NCBI GenBank assembly: GCA_964016885.1
Contig: OZ024740.1
Location: forward strand, 347,882,001-347,946,000
From: Eledone cirrhosa
Taxonomy: Eukaryota
Reading direction: 5' to 3'
Length of the DNA: 64,000 nt
Positions 14,445-29,849 of this stretch are shown here, piece by piece. The notes beneath the pieces were generated by a model. That model did not search any database, was not told the origin of the DNA, and saw only the letters and a program-made list of their open reading frames with translations. The position numbers were made by a program, and so were the translations under genes. How positions within the stretch are numbered: the first letter of the stretch is position 1; each line of letters begins with the position of its first letter.

Positions 14445-14831
14445 GAGACACGACACAAAGAGTGGAGAAACTCAGCAGAGTCAACGGCCATCCAAATAGC
14501 ACTTTCTTTTTTTCAACTGGGAGCGAAGCCAAGCTCCCCCCTCCAGTCACAACAACTTTCTAGGAGAGGGAAACTGAGAAAAAAACCTGCAGCTTCGGAA
14601 ACATCCGATGATGTTGACCAGTTCTCCTTTTCATGCAATGTTTTCGATGCGCAGAGAGTGGGATTGGTCGAGTGCAAGGCCCTTCCCCATTTATAAAACC
14701 TTCAAAGCACAGGCATTGCTTGTTCAAGATCTATTACAGGTTTGTGTGGCTGGCCGTAACCTAAAGGTGCACCAGTTTCTGTAATCTGACAAGCGATTAC
14801 AATACTCTTAGCAGAGTTTGCAGCCATTATG

Positions 14832-14863
<32 letters not shown>

Positions 14864-15288
14864 TGTATGTATGTATGTATGTATGATGACCCCTTAGCCT
14901 TTGTCAAGGCAGAATTCTAGGAGAAGGAAAACTCTGATATAACACCTGCAACCCTGATGGTATCCAATGATGTTGACTTGTTCTTCTTTTTGGTAAATAT
15001 CATCTTGGTTAAGAGAGTGGGACTGGTTTTGTGCAGTGCCTTTGCTCACTATAAAAGCTTCACGGCACAGGCATTGCTTTATATCTGGAGATCTCTCTGC
15101 ACTTGTCCTCACATGGTACCATGGGCCCAGCACTATGTGTCAATAATTGTCACAAGTGTAGTGTTTGTACCAGAGTTTTCAAGTCGCTGGCTGGACTAAA
15201 AAGTCACACTCGTTCAGCGCATCGGTAGGCGTTCTCCTACATGGATATAAAGTAGTGGCCGTACTCGAAAACGAGTTGGCAGCCACCA
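14445..15288 (+). mobile_element. Two related ~400 bp non-coding repeats (14445-14828 and 14885-15288) ending in GCAGCCA+(GTAT)n, RTE-UTR-like
   Basis: Shared TTCTAGGAGA.GG.AAACT..GA, GATGTTGAC, GAGAGTGGGA.TGGT and GCACAGGCATTGCTT blocks. Confidence 0.55.
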
Positions 15289-15541
15289 TGTATGTATGTA
15301 TGTACGTGTCCTTGAATATAAACATATCCCAGTATTATAAATTTCTTATTCATTTACAGGTTTTAGTCGATCATCGGCTCAAATAATTATTGTGATAAGT
15401 GTAATAATTATGACTTCGATCTCGTTTGTCAGACCGCTAAGTTACAGAACATAAACAGAGACACAACAATAAATACAGGCACAGATACATACCATCACAA
15501 ATACACACATTCATTCCTCTCACACACACATATATATATAT

Positions 15542-15720
15542 ATAATTGTTTCTACTTTCTGCACAAGGCCAGCAATTATCCAGTACATTACTGGTACTTT
15601 ATTTTATCGACATCGTAAGGATGAAAGGCAAAGTTAACCTTGGCAGGATTTGAACTCAGATCGTAAAGGGACGTAACTATGCTGGAAAGCATGTCCAACC
15701 CTCTACCAAATCTGCCAATA
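15542..15720 (-). mobile_element. tRNA-derived SINE (OR-like)
   Basis: Same family as the 2977-3162 copy. Confidence 0.85.
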
Positions 15721-15905
15721 CACATACAACGGACTGTTGTAATTTCCGCCTACCCGATTTCGCTCAAAGCATTAATCAAACGCACTCACGCCTGCTCCTA
15801 GAGATTTTGTGTTTGATATGAATCTCTGTGCGTATAGGTTGCTACTATAAATTAGCAGCTCCTCGATTACGTATTTCCTTGTGATTGAGTGGATCATATA
15901 CATCC

Positions 15906-15955
15906 CTTCTGATGAAAGCCCAATTAGGCTTGAAAATAGCATAGAGCTATTTAAC
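15906..15955 (+). ncRNA. HHR-like motif with full hairpin stem III and weak stem I
   Basis: CTGATGA-AAGCC/GGCTT-GAAA-ATAGC/GCTAT-TT. Stem I has only ~2 bp. Directly before (TA)n. Confidence 0.55.
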
Positions 15956-15959
15956 ATGG

Positions 15960-16880
<921 letters not shown>

Positions 16881-17157
16881 GGAGAGAGAATCTTGGGAGT
16901 ACTAAATGCGCATGGGGAGATGTAGGGTGGGTATAGAGATATGTAAAATCCCGACCACGACGCCAAGCCATTTCGGCTTGTGTTTTCAGTGTAGAAATAA
17001 ACCAAATGTTTAACCATTTGCTCATTTACTTCTACATAACCCCATTTTATTGTTAATTCTTCATTTTAAAATACTCCTTCAGCCTATAAGTCTATCTATA
17101 AATAACCTTAGCCCCTCCACCCCCTTCCTATGACCATTATTCTATTATGCAACATTT

Positions 17158-17345
17158 GGGTTGTGGATTGGCAGTATCGGTAGAGTCGGACGCCATGCTT
17201 TCCAGCATAGTTACGTCCCTTTACGGTCTGAGTTCAAATCCCGCCGAGGTTTACTTTGCCTTTCATCCTTACGGAGTCGATAAAATAAAGTACCAGTAAT
17301 GCACTGGGTAATTGCTGGCCTTGTGCCTAAAGTAGAAACAATTAA
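17158..17345 (+). mobile_element. tRNA-derived SINE (OR-like)
   Basis: 17 bp TSD TCTATTATGCAACATTT (17141 and 17346). Confidence 0.9.
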
Positions 17346-20300
17346 TCTATTATGCAACATTTTAAAAGATGTCATATCATGTTTAATTGCTTAATATAAT
17401 CACTATACATTTGACATATTTCAAACCAGTGCGCACGTGTGTGTATTACCGATAAATAATATTGATGTAACAACAGATTACTCCAACAGATGAACCACTT
17501 CACCTGAGGAAAATGAGTTCCACTGAATCATGCAACTCGAATGAAATTTTAAAATTCAGGAACAACTAACACAAAGCACTGCATTCCTCTAATGCTTCTA
17601 CTAATTTAACGCCCTCCTAATTATAATACTTGAAATGCGAAAATATATGACTAACAATTAAATAAAGCTTAAATTATACATTACTATTATTCTAAACGGT
17701 TGTGTATATATACTATGAACGTTCTGTAACAAATTCTTATGAAATTATTTACTTTTCAGCTCAACACATTTCACTGTAGTGTAATGATACTTACAGCAAG
17801 AATAACAACATAACAGCAACAAACTCGACAGAAGCAACAACGCGTGGGCCAAATATTTCTTAATTTATGCGCTACATTCGTGGTGCACATGAGATATATA
17901 GTCCCAAATGCACATCGTCCGTGCTTTTGAGTGAAAATGGTTAGAAAGAAATATTTTACAAGCTTATTAGAGGACTGTGCTTGGAATTTAAAGCGTGGGC
18001 GTTGTCACATTCTGTGTCACGATGAAATTGCCTTAGAAATACGTTAAGCGTATACTAATCTTATAACTCATTCACTTGCACGTTAATTTCACGAGAACGC
18101 TGTTCCGTTGATCGTACAACTGTAATACTCATAGGAAAAACCTATACATACACACACACAGACATATATATTTTTGATCTCTGGATAGATGATTTGTAAA
18201 TGAAGAACTTCGAGCGAATACATTTAAAGTTAGAATGTAAAGGGAAGTAATCCAATATCTCAAGACATTTAGTCTGATGATGTGCTGTTTAACTAACTAT
18301 ACAACAACCGCTTATAAATATATTTATAATGCAAAATGATATCTAACACCTAAAGAGATGTTAAGTTCTTACAATTAGCTATGTTTTCATAACGTTAAAT
18401 AACACATAGACAAATCTTTCTCTGAGTAGGTCAGCAGACTACCAAAGATAACATTCTCTAATGAATTGCTGTTACATTGACTATATTTTGTTTCAACGTT
18501 ATAATGTACTTGCGAATATATCTATAGAATATAGTCATCACAATATATCTATTTAAAACATTTCATTTGTATATATATTCACTTGTTTATCCACGAAGAT
18601 ACTGTAGATATTAACAAGATATTTACTGATTTTCTTGTTTACATGTTAACGCAGCACGATGTCCATGTACGATGTCCTGCTAGGTATGACCTTGGCTACA
18701 CGTAATACTTGTTTTAACATGATCTAGTGCCCAAACATAGCACTTTCAATTAGAGAATTTCTGGCGAAGAAAAATATTCCCACTCTTCCACACCGCCTAT
18801 ACAGCACAAAAATAGCTCCATGTGATTTCTATTTCATCAGTTGAAATCGAAGTTGGTGGGTCATAATTGTAACCGATGAGATAAGGACACTCACATAAAA
18901 TGACTTTCGGTACGGCTACGATCAATTAAAAAAAATATTAGAACCACAGGGGTCGTATTCTGAAGGAGATAACTTGAAATTTCATACACGTCTAATATAC
19001 ATTTATATAAAACATAAGTACCTTTAATTTTAGGACAAACCTCGTGTATAGTGTTTTATAAAATACGTTGATATACTTTCTATAGCGTTTCCTAATAATA
19101 AGATTCATTTTTCATGCAATTTATGTGAACAGATTCTATGTAGAATAAATGGCATACCTACAATGTAGTGCACACAATCCCACGATTGCATATTTTCAAA
19201 TTTAATTAAGCAGCTATATATTTTCACTTGTGAAGATTGGGATTATGTTGGTGTAATTGTTGTAGGAATGATATTACGTTCTCAAAAACACGTTGACAAT
19301 AACATTATTGATATTATTCATTATCAACATTTGGTTGCGAGGCATAAATATCTTCGAGATTTCATTTAGTCTACCACACATGCAGTCTAAAAGTTTTAAT
19401 CAAAGTATTATGTTCCCATTTTCATTTACAAATAATCGTAATAAACTACAGTTTAGACAACCTACCCAGCAACAAAAAGTAAACGTTACATTTACATTTC
19501 ATCAACTTAATCTTAATTTACACATTTGATAGCGTATCCCTGGAGCATGCCATTAAAATATTATGCATTATTAAAAAGATATATTGGAAACAAAATCGGG
19601 GTGGCGGTACTAAACTGTAGTTACTCTCATGAAATATTCAGGGAAGTCTAGTATATTATTGTTTGTCATAACAACTCAATCTTTTGAAAGCAGATATTTT
19701 ATGTTGATAAACTATGTAGGTAGTTGTACTTTGCTAAAAGAAAACAAATGTGTATGTGTGATCTTATGATGGTCGTCTGCAGAAAATATATCGGTTGTTT
19801 TATCTAAGCTAACAGCTTCACCTATCAGTTGTATTTAGAAGAAATATACCAGACATTTTCTTTTACATGTGTGGACGTGAACGTGTGCACATAGCGATAT
19901 TTACCTTGCATATGATTAGAGACAGTTAATTTGGAGTATTCATGGCCAATATGAGTATATACACACTCACGCACGCACATATATATGTGAATGTTTGCGT
20001 GTGTCTGTGTGTGTGCGTGTGTGTCAATGTGTGTGCTTGTGTGTCTGTATGGATTTACTTCAGCATATGAGTGTGTATGTATTTATATCTCTACAGGATT
20101 TAGACATAGAAGGCTGGTAGACTGCACTACAAACAGTCGATTAAAAAATGGTTATATTCTATTTGATTTGAAAACTAATATCAATATTACTTTTTTGGGA
20201 ATTAATAAAATTTATAAACAAATTAAATAAAATCTCCATTGCTATATACTTAAACATTTTGAATCATGTTTCAAAAATAAAATCACGGATTCTCTATAAT

Positions 20301-22024
20301 TACTACAGATTTAAATGACCTGATAGTAATTTAACAAGACCTAATGTTTAATTTGAGAAATTCCATACGAGAAATTCCCCGGATTTTTAATTCATTATTG
20401 ATTATTGAATGCTGAATAGATCATAAAATAGCTGGTACAATGCTACCAGTTACAATACACGAGTTAGATAAAATCTGTAAGCAATCACTATGCATGAGCC
20501 TTAATATGTTAAAACATTTTGTTTATAAATTATATGTTGATCAGGAGAATAAAACCATTGACGTCTTAACCCTGTATTGTCACATTTCTTATGAAATGGA
20601 GTCTTTGTGATTCAATATATACTGAAAGCAATTAAGAATTTGGAATAATTTAGTAACATAGATTAACTTTTTCATTAAGCTTGTGTTTCGAACATTACTG
20701 AATAAATGGTTTTACATAAAATTATGGAAGGTTTTAATATAAGTATGAACCATTCAAAGCAGAGAGCTTTCTATCGGAAAACCTGTGGTGGTTTTAGGCG
20801 GTTTCCTTTAAGAATCTTATTAAACATGATAATGAATTATCAAATAAATTAATTAGCATCACGTAGGTGCTGAAGCTGAATCTTGACTCTACGTATCTTT
20901 AAATAATTAAAAAGGCTAGCAGCGAGACAATATACAACCAAAAAAATATTTGAAAATACATTTGATTAATCAACAGCACACCGAGATTTAATTAGTGCAT
21001 TCATTACCGCATTCAGGAAAGGTCGCAAAAGACCATCATATTTTCGGGTATACTTTATCATCTGAAAACACGTGCTATTTTCATCTCTTCTACCACGCAC
21101 AAAACAAAGACGTGAGCCTTTCCTTATTGTAAAATGGGATGTTGAATACGTTGGTGCTTTTAGAATAGGTAATCATTTTTCATGAGAAAGCAAATCCATT
21201 GTGTGGGAATTAAAATATGCCAGCCAGTTGGGAGTTGTAGTATCCCAGTAAATACCAATAGAAACGCCTATAAGAATTCTTATCAGATACTTTTCTTTTG
21301 TTCGAAATCATATTGAAATATATGCTTCAATGCGTGTTCAGAAAATATTATTGAATTCTGACCAAAGGAACAGCGCTATCTGCAACGTCCATGCCTTTCT
21401 ACAGAACAAGTGGAAACTAAGGTAAAATGAAATAGGTTCTACTGGAATTAAAAGCCGTGAACTCAGCTTGGATTATTTCGCTGTGGTTCTTATTATATCG
21501 ACCTCAAATTATTGATTTTTCCAATTTTAAATTCCACATCCTTCCTATAAAACATTATAAACATATGTATCGATTTACAATGTTATACACTATCAAAACC
21601 TACAGAAATATATATATATATATACAGTGTAGGTAGTACGGTGAAATACTAGTGTTGGTACCAAATCAAGCACTCTATGTACAGGCAGAGTGTATATAAT
21701 ATAAAAAATTAGGAAGTTTCGTTTACATATGAAAAAGGTTTATTGCGTTTCGCAGAGGTTTGGCTCAAGGTGATCCATAGGAGTTATGGACTCGGCTCCA
21801 GAATCGATATACTCGTCAGAATGGTAATGCGACAAAAGATATATTTTTGTTGTGGTCTGTAGACCGAAAATGTATATATATATAGGCATTGGCTCTATTT
21901 TTCTTTTTTTTTGAGTGCGTGGGCATATGTGTATATCCTGGTGTAATTTGTGGGGCCGCAATGCGTGTGTATATTCACCGGTATTCATGTGCGTATTTAC
22001 GTGGGCACGCGAGAAATTAAGGAT

Positions 22025-22070
<46 letters not shown>

Positions 22071-22654
22071 GTGTGTGTAGGCGCGTTTTGAAATGTGTAT
22101 TGGTCAAAGACTTGTTTTGGTGTAAACAGGAGGCAGGGTGAGTGTGTGTTTGTGCGCGGGTGGGTGTGTTTTGGAATGTATATTGGTTAGTCAAAGACTT
22201 GCTTTGGTTTAAACAGGAAGCAGGGGTTTGTGGAGTTTGTGGGGTGTGCCACGCATGGACGACCCGGTGGTAGTTTATTTTTTCAATGGCTTGGAACTTA
22301 GTCCACGCTTTGCTTTTTTCCATCCACTGAATTATTTTTGTATAAGTTCCCTGTGTCCACGTATTGCCTGGAAACTTAGCTGAGAATAGACTTCCCTGAT
22401 GACGAAAGGCTTCTCCGTACGTTTCTTCGGAAACTATGTTTATTCCCTTTCAGAAACTAATTAGTTGGAGTGAAATTTTAGTAAGTAAGTTAATTTTATA
22501 ATTTTCTTATTTTACGTCTCTCATATTATTGTTCTGCATCCCCATGCATTGAACCACAAAGTTACTAAGACAAAACCTATATATTTGCTGGCATAGGTAT
22601 GCATCTGTATATATATGTTAGTAGATATACTAATTCTTTATATATATATATATA

Positions 22655-22760
22655 TCAATGATAGGAAACTATATTTATAAAGCCATATTTATTCTATTAT
22701 ATATATATTTCAAGGATACTAAAACTTTGGTACGCTCTTATCAGATAAAATACAAAGATT
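22655..22760 (-). mobile_element. Decayed copy of the 63.8 kb HHR family
   Basis: Aligns by eye with 63795-63890. Core mutated to CTGATAA, followed by GAAA-TATATA-TA. Confidence 0.55.
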
Positions 22761-25583
22761 GTTTTATAAATATTGACATATCCAGGAACGAGATAGTAAA
22801 ACTGGATAGTAAAACTTGAACTGTTAAGATCTCGCTACAAATCTTCACTATTTTGTACATATCTTCACTATTTTGTCTGAACAAAACAACTGCAACTACG
22901 AATTAATTTTGTCGTTTTTTTTCTTCTATCACATACCAGGAAACGAATAATGCAATCCAAATTTATATGCCTTAAGTCACAAAAGATATGACGAAGTTTC
23001 TTGACTCGTTCACGTCTGCACCTACTCTTAACAACCCAGCCACACATAATTGGAACAGCATTATCAACCGACGAAATTTCAATTTACAATATATAAGGCA
23101 TCATTTTAGTTACTATTGACATTATTACGTTTTTGAGCTCCAAGACATATACAATTATTCAAACAAAATTCTAAAGACTATCTTTGGAAACAAAATACAG
23201 TTCTTCAGACTACACTGTAATGATAGTAAAACAGAATTTCTAAGTGTATCACAATTGAATTGAAATTGCTCAACGTTTTCTTAATCAAAAAGGCCGATGA
23301 CTTAAATATCTTGGATCCCAAACCTTGTTCTCGTAAAAAGAATATAGCATCCGGAAAGCGTAGAAAACCAATTAGATTGCATATACACCAACGTACAATG
23401 AAGAGTGAAAGCTCTGTGCTGGTAGTCGCATACAATCAGACAATCTACGGATCACTGCGTCCATCCAATATCACACAGATTTTTTTTAAAAGGCTCTAGT
23501 TTCCAGGCCATTGCTTTAGAGTAAACAAAGAAGTAATTTCAGCGAATCTTCTATGAAGCCTTTTAGAAGTTGTCGAAAATGACTTAGTCAGAGATTATTT
23601 CACGAGATTCAAGAATCCACCTTGAACTTGGGACAGCAATGCTGGATCGTATGATATCGAGAAAAATTGTCGAGATTGTTCTGACATACCAGCTCGAAGT
23701 TCTATGATGGTGAGAGGTTCTTGCTATTTCCCAAGCTAGGTGTGCAAAGTATTCCCTCTCTCAGACCCACATATCGCCTTACCGGACTCCTACAAAACAA
23801 GCACGAACTAAACCTACGCAATTGCCATTTTTATTGCATCGGGTGAGATATCATGCAGGATTGTTCTTCGATTACATATTTAATCCGTTGCTCGAATTAA
23901 CACCATCACTTGATTTGGGGAATACTTAGCTGATTTCACTCTATTACATTCTCGATTTGAAGATACTTATCCTCCTACTTCCTACAAGGACCTGGAAATA
24001 CAAAAGGTCATGGGTACTATACATCCCTCTCTAACTGTAGCATGAAATGAAATTGCTGAAAACTCGTAATCGGAACTGGGTCTCTGATTTGGCTCATTAG
24101 AATCTCCTTGAACTCTGTCGTGCTGTCCTACCTTGTTTTATTTTAATATTGTCATTAACGTATATGTAATGCAGTTATTCTGTGCCATCTTCAATACACT
24201 GATGTAATTTAAAACACCATTCAAGATTTTCAGTGAGGCGTTAGGTCCTATAGTGATCAAATTTGATTGATCTATTCAGAAATCTATATGAGAAATAAAG
24301 GTAGTTAAAATAAGAATAGTGAATAAATTATTAGAAGTGAATCTAGGGTACAGGAAAGCGAGACAGATAAATTAGTGAAGTCTAGGTGGAAATTACTATT
24401 CTTGTTGCACACATCATTAACTTTATCCTTCCTTTTATGTGTCTGAGGAAAGAAATTTATCCTCGAAATTAAATTTATTCTGTAGCCAAATATCTAAACA
24501 TGTGTCTTCTTTGATGCCAATCAGATTACACATGAATATATCATGGTTCGCTTCACTTTTATACTGATATATCCTATGTCCTAAGTAAATAATTGTTCAA
24601 GGAATTTCATTTGCAAGATGGTAATTCTTAATAGTTCTAGATGGCGTCTCGTGTGCATCTAGCGCTATTAGATTCGATTATATATGATGGAATACAGGCC
24701 TTGCAACATTAGACCCATAACTATGGATACCATAATCGATATGACCATATGGGCATCGCAAAATATTTTGTCATCATTTAAGCTAATTCGACTTATGCCC
24801 ACTCTGACGAAACCTTTTCTACCAGACTGTGATACAGTTACGTATAACAGTAATCTGAATTATTCTGTGGTAAATAGTTACAGCCTGGTGAACTAAAGTC
24901 ATTCAGAGTGAAGTCTGATATGATCCACATTGTCTCGTAGACCTGTGAATTATTCATATTTTTACATATGACTCTTTGAGTATTTTGTCTGGAGTACAAA
25001 CACATTACTTATAATATGGGAAAATGTCAATGGAATCATATAATTCATCTATTTCATTTGATTCTATATTAATAGGTTTTGTTGAACAGGCAATTATTAT
25101 ATATAATATAAATTTCAGTGATCGAATTAATTTTTTTTATATTCTGTTAAGAATGTATATTTTTAAGTTATGAACAATAGATTATTTTTTATTCTATGAA
25201 ACTCGTCTACGGTGAATTAAATTGTCCGGCTGTTCTTTATACTCGACTCCACAAACACAAATTGTTCAGTCGTGAAAATATTAGTTTATAGTCTTACGGA
25301 AATAGCAATACGATTACAGAAACTGACGCATATAACTGTAGTTTGGTTTACTGTGATATACAGAATTTATATATTCGTCAGTAAACGATGTACTGAAAGT
25401 TAGCTTGACAGGCGATTAGGGCCGCTAATACGAGATACCGTTTTAAAAAAAATATGAACATTCAATTTTAGAATATTATTATAACGATCTTGTGTGGCTA
25501 GTGTTACATGAAGAAACAAATTAGCGTATCCAAAAATATTACGCCGGATGTGGATGGAACACCATAGGGTAAACATTTAAGAT

Positions 25584-25623
<40 letters not shown>

Positions 25624-25679
25624 CACACACATACACATATGTATAGTCGCTAACATTTATAGTCGCTAACATATAGAGT

Positions 25680-26050
25680 CGCTAACATTTCCTTTCGCAA
25701 ACTCTCTAACACCTTCCAAACTAAACTTAGAAATGATATTGAGAAATTTAGGTCTTCCCATAATACTTTCGTTCTTTCTGACAAAACCAATAATATTTAC
25801 GAAGTCGACAACACTACTTACAACCACTTGGCACATAACGCTATAACCTCTAAATATAAGAAGGCTAACCCTATGGACTACCACGACATCAATACAGAAT
25901 TCAAAGACCTTGCTGCCGCCCTTAAGGTAGATAAGAAGCTAAAAAGAATTGTTCTCGGTATGGTAAACTAACTGTTGTGTTTCTACTTCTACCAAACTCG
26001 TCCCATGGACTGAATGCTCTACCACTACGGATATTACCTTCCAATGTTCT
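25680..26050 (+). pseudogene. N-terminal fragment of a Hydra-type Penelope-like ORF (missed by the ORF track)
   Basis: FRKLSNTFQTKLRNDIEKFRSSHNTFVLSDKTNNIYEVDNTTYNHLAHNAITSKYK matches FRNRSNSFQQDLKNRI..HSDKTGNLYQVERSTYHQLLHNAVTKD of the 63 kb element. Confidence 0.75.
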
Positions 26051-26062
26051 ACCTCTCTCTCT

Positions 26063-26857
<795 letters not shown>

Positions 26858-26872
26858 ATAATAATTGTTACT

Positions 26873-26965
26873 ATAATAATAATAATAATAAATTTGAAGA
26901 CTAAAATCCAAAGAGGGCTCGATAAGGATAAATAAGCGATTCTTTGCTTAAACTTGAATATGTTA

Positions 26966-26972
<7 letters not shown>
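26873..26972 (-). mobile_element. 100 bp stub of the 57/60 kb Hydra-PLE terminus with an inverted piece
   Basis: 26882-26932 matches 57143-57192. 26936-26972 is the reverse complement of ~57230-57266. Confidence 0.75.
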
Positions 26973-27042
<70 letters not shown>

Positions 27043-27045
<3 letters not shown>

Positions 27046-27195
27046 GATGATATGTTTAACCATCATCTCAGTGTGTTTGGCCCTTAACGTATGTTGTAGC
27101 TCTGATTCATATGATTCATCGAGCGCTTGCCACACATATCGGACGTTGATTTTCGTTAATTCCTGAGCTGAAAACGATTCTCGCTAATTTATATT

Positions 27196-27197
<2 letters not shown>
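27043..27197. repeat. Dispersed repeat in (TA)n, with a longer copy ending at 49345
   Basis: Near-identical to 49190-49345 and ends at the same position before TA. Confidence 0.8.
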
Positions 27198-27253
<56 letters not shown>

Positions 27254-27424
27254 TATATATAAAGTAGAAACCTAGGAAAGGCCGATTTTTGAAGACTATC
27301 AATCGGTACAGTTTGTCAGTCATCCAAATCCACGTCACCATTATTGTCAAGAGAAAACCATAAGTAAATACATCCTGGCCCTAATATTGACTCAACTCAA
27401 CTTTACTCATTGAGCAGACAGAGA

Positions 27425-27540
27425 CACTGTAAGAATATCATGTCTTACTCAAGGACACAACGTGCTGCTCGATCCGGTAATCGAATTCACTATCGTACAA
27501 TAGTGAGCCCATCATTCGAACCGCTAGGTGACGCTCTTTC
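27425..27540 (-). mobile_element. Diverged tRNA/CORE-like SINE head
   Basis: TGTCTTACTCAAGGACACAAC and AATCGAATTCAC, similar to 45733-45829. Confidence 0.55.
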
Positions 27541-28890
27541 ACAAAAGCTACATTAGTTATGAATTTATTAAATACCTGTAGGATCTGTTCCAATTGTTTC
27601 CACTTTTCAGCATGTTTCTCTTATTTTCGTGCAGCGAAAGTCAATATTAAATTTTAAAATTCTCGATCTAAATAACAAGAGCTGATTTTAATTTAATTTT
27701 CGAAATGAACAGAACACTAGGTATTATATCTCGATCTAAATACGTATATAATGTTATAATATGTTATCTAGAAAACAATATAAATAATCAAATTGTTTAT
27801 CAGTAGACGTCAAAATATGAGAAATGAGTTGTTAATAAGATTATGTTTCAAAACTAATTAATTAAAATCTGGTTTATTTTCAGTCTTTCAACATCTTTGA
27901 GTCATTTTCTAACGTGAATGAGTTTCAAAACACAAAACTAATTATTCTATCTTTATATTCGCGATGTACCTTCAGTAAGGTATAAATTTACCACTTTAAT
28001 TAACTAGAATAAACAATTAATATTAATTCTATTAACATCCCAATGTTATCTTATTTGAGAATTCTGACAGTGTACAGATAATGTTTATGATAAAAGATAA
28101 TGACATTTTCTTTCTAATTAAATTCAAGAAATGTTAATCTAACTCTGCAAGGAGAAATTCTAGTAAAAAGTTTATCTCTTCATTCAAAATATATGGCAAT
28201 ATACATATAAATACAGTGAAAAGGGGACATGAATTTTGGCTGAATTCAGAATTAAATCTTTCGTGTTGTTCCATCCGTTGCCTACACCTAATTTACTGTA
28301 TTTCGATTTATCCCTAAATCTTTTTCACGTGTCTTATTTTGATAATCACTTTAAGTAATCTTGGTTTGGCTTACACTACTTAATTGGTAAAGGAACAACC
28401 TAATAGCTCCGTACTGGTCAGGCATGTTGGTCCGGATACCTTGATCGGTTTCACGGATATTTGACGCAGGCAGCGTGAAAAAATCTTACAGCCCAATCCC
28501 CTCCAGGATATTTATATCGTAAGATTTCACTCTGACGTTCTGCTCATCGAGTGCTTGAATCTTCGGTGAGGCGGAGAATCAGACTCTTGAATGAAATCCG
28601 TGAACTTGATCAAACGGGGAACTAACGAGGGATACGGCTATCATACCTCCAACAATTTAGAACCAGTTAAACTATAACTATACAACATCTACGCTATACA
28701 CTGTTCTGTGGCCAAGGGATACAGGCAGCTATTTTTTTACCTTTTAATTCTTTTCACTATAAAAAATGTTTTTCATTATAATTATAACAATCTCTTTCCC
28801 ACATATATATCCCATTTAATATAACCTTTCCTCTTGTTCTTAATTAATTAATTAATTAATTAATTAGTTTATTTATTCTATAATAATTGT

Positions 28891-29013
28891 TTCTACTTTT
28901 GGCACAAGGCCAGCAATTATCCAGTGTATTACTGGTACTTTATTTTATCGACCCCATAAAATAAAGTACCAGTAATACACTGGATAATTGCTGCCCTTGT
29001 GCCAAAAGTAGAA
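28891..29013. repeat. Foldback (hairpin) of an OR-like SINE 3' end
   Basis: Arms 28891-28948 and 28956-29013 with one mismatch; loop CGACCCC. Confidence 0.85.
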
Positions 29014-29367
29014 TAATGTATTTCGTATATAGTTAATTTTGGTATCGGACCTGTGGACAATATGGGGTGTGGAGGGGTTGTCGCTACTATTGTAGCAGCT
29101 GCTGAGACTACTACTACTACTACTACTACAGATAATAGAGAGGGAGGGGAGGAAGAAAGGCTAACAACCGTTTTCGTTGCTTCCTAAACTGACCAGCACT
29201 TTCACCAACACTCTTGGGGTTATACAGGGGCCGCCGTCGAAGAAACAACACTACGCGTTCGGCTACCCCGCTGTATCATGAAAAGAAAATCTTTTTTGGG
29301 GGAAATTATTAGATTTTTCCAAATTTAAAGGTTTCTTAAGAACTTTCTATGTTTATTTTAGGTTTTG

Positions 29368-29425
29368 TCGTCTGAAGAGCTCAGGCTATCACAGTTGATA
29401 ATCCTCAGTGAAATATGTATAACGG
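29368..29425 (+). ncRNA. Type I hammerhead ribozyme
   Basis: TCGT-CTGAAGA-GCT..TATCA/TGATA..AGT-GAAA-TATGTA-TA-ACGG, followed by AATAAA at 29433. Confidence 0.7.
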
Positions 29426-29582
29426 AGTTTTAAATAAATCTGATTCAACTTAATGTGGCTTCCGATCTCACTAAGTGTGAACCTAATACCATTTGTAATT
29501 TGTACTCCTGCGTTGTTGTTGTTGTCTTTCATATATTTATATATATCAAGTCAGAATATTTTCGAAACAGCGAGTTGATTTG

Positions 29583-29791
29583 AAATTATTAGAAATGTTA
29601 GCTATCGCCGTATTTTGGCTAAAGAAATTAAAGAAATTATTTAACCTGATGGAAAAAGATGAGTATTGACGTACATGTACGTCAATACTCATCTTTTTCC
29701 ATTTCTCCGAGGGTTCTTAACCCCACTATCAGGCTAAATAATTTCTTTAATTTCTTTAGCCAAAATACGGCGATAGCTAACATTTCTAATA

Positions 29792-29795
<4 letters not shown>
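29583..29795. repeat. Nested foldback element before (TA)n
   Basis: Outer arms 29583-29650 and 29728-29795. Inner perfect 54 bp palindrome at 29649-29702. Confidence 0.85.

Positions 29796-29849
<54 letters not shown>

Noticed and set aside
13609-14550. 313 aa ORF as an intact protein
   Set aside because: It is a chimera of an unrelated repeat, (CATA)n, an R4-like RT fragment and an antisense SINE.
17500-17560. CTGAGGA..GAGTT/AACTC..GAAATTTTAAAATTC
   Set aside because: No convincing stem I and stem II is mis-spaced. Similar weak hits at ~24444, ~25376 and ~37491 were also dropped.
17790-17865. Minus-strand signal-peptide-like stretch (KKYLAHALLLLSSLLLLCCYSC) followed by GTAAGT
   Set aside because: There is an in-frame TAA just upstream, no ATG and no clear acceptor. 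Probably degenerate (CAA)n.
23200-24130. Possible ancient LINE RT remnant (KDLG-like motif ~23985)
   Set aside because: Too degenerate to call without a translated search.
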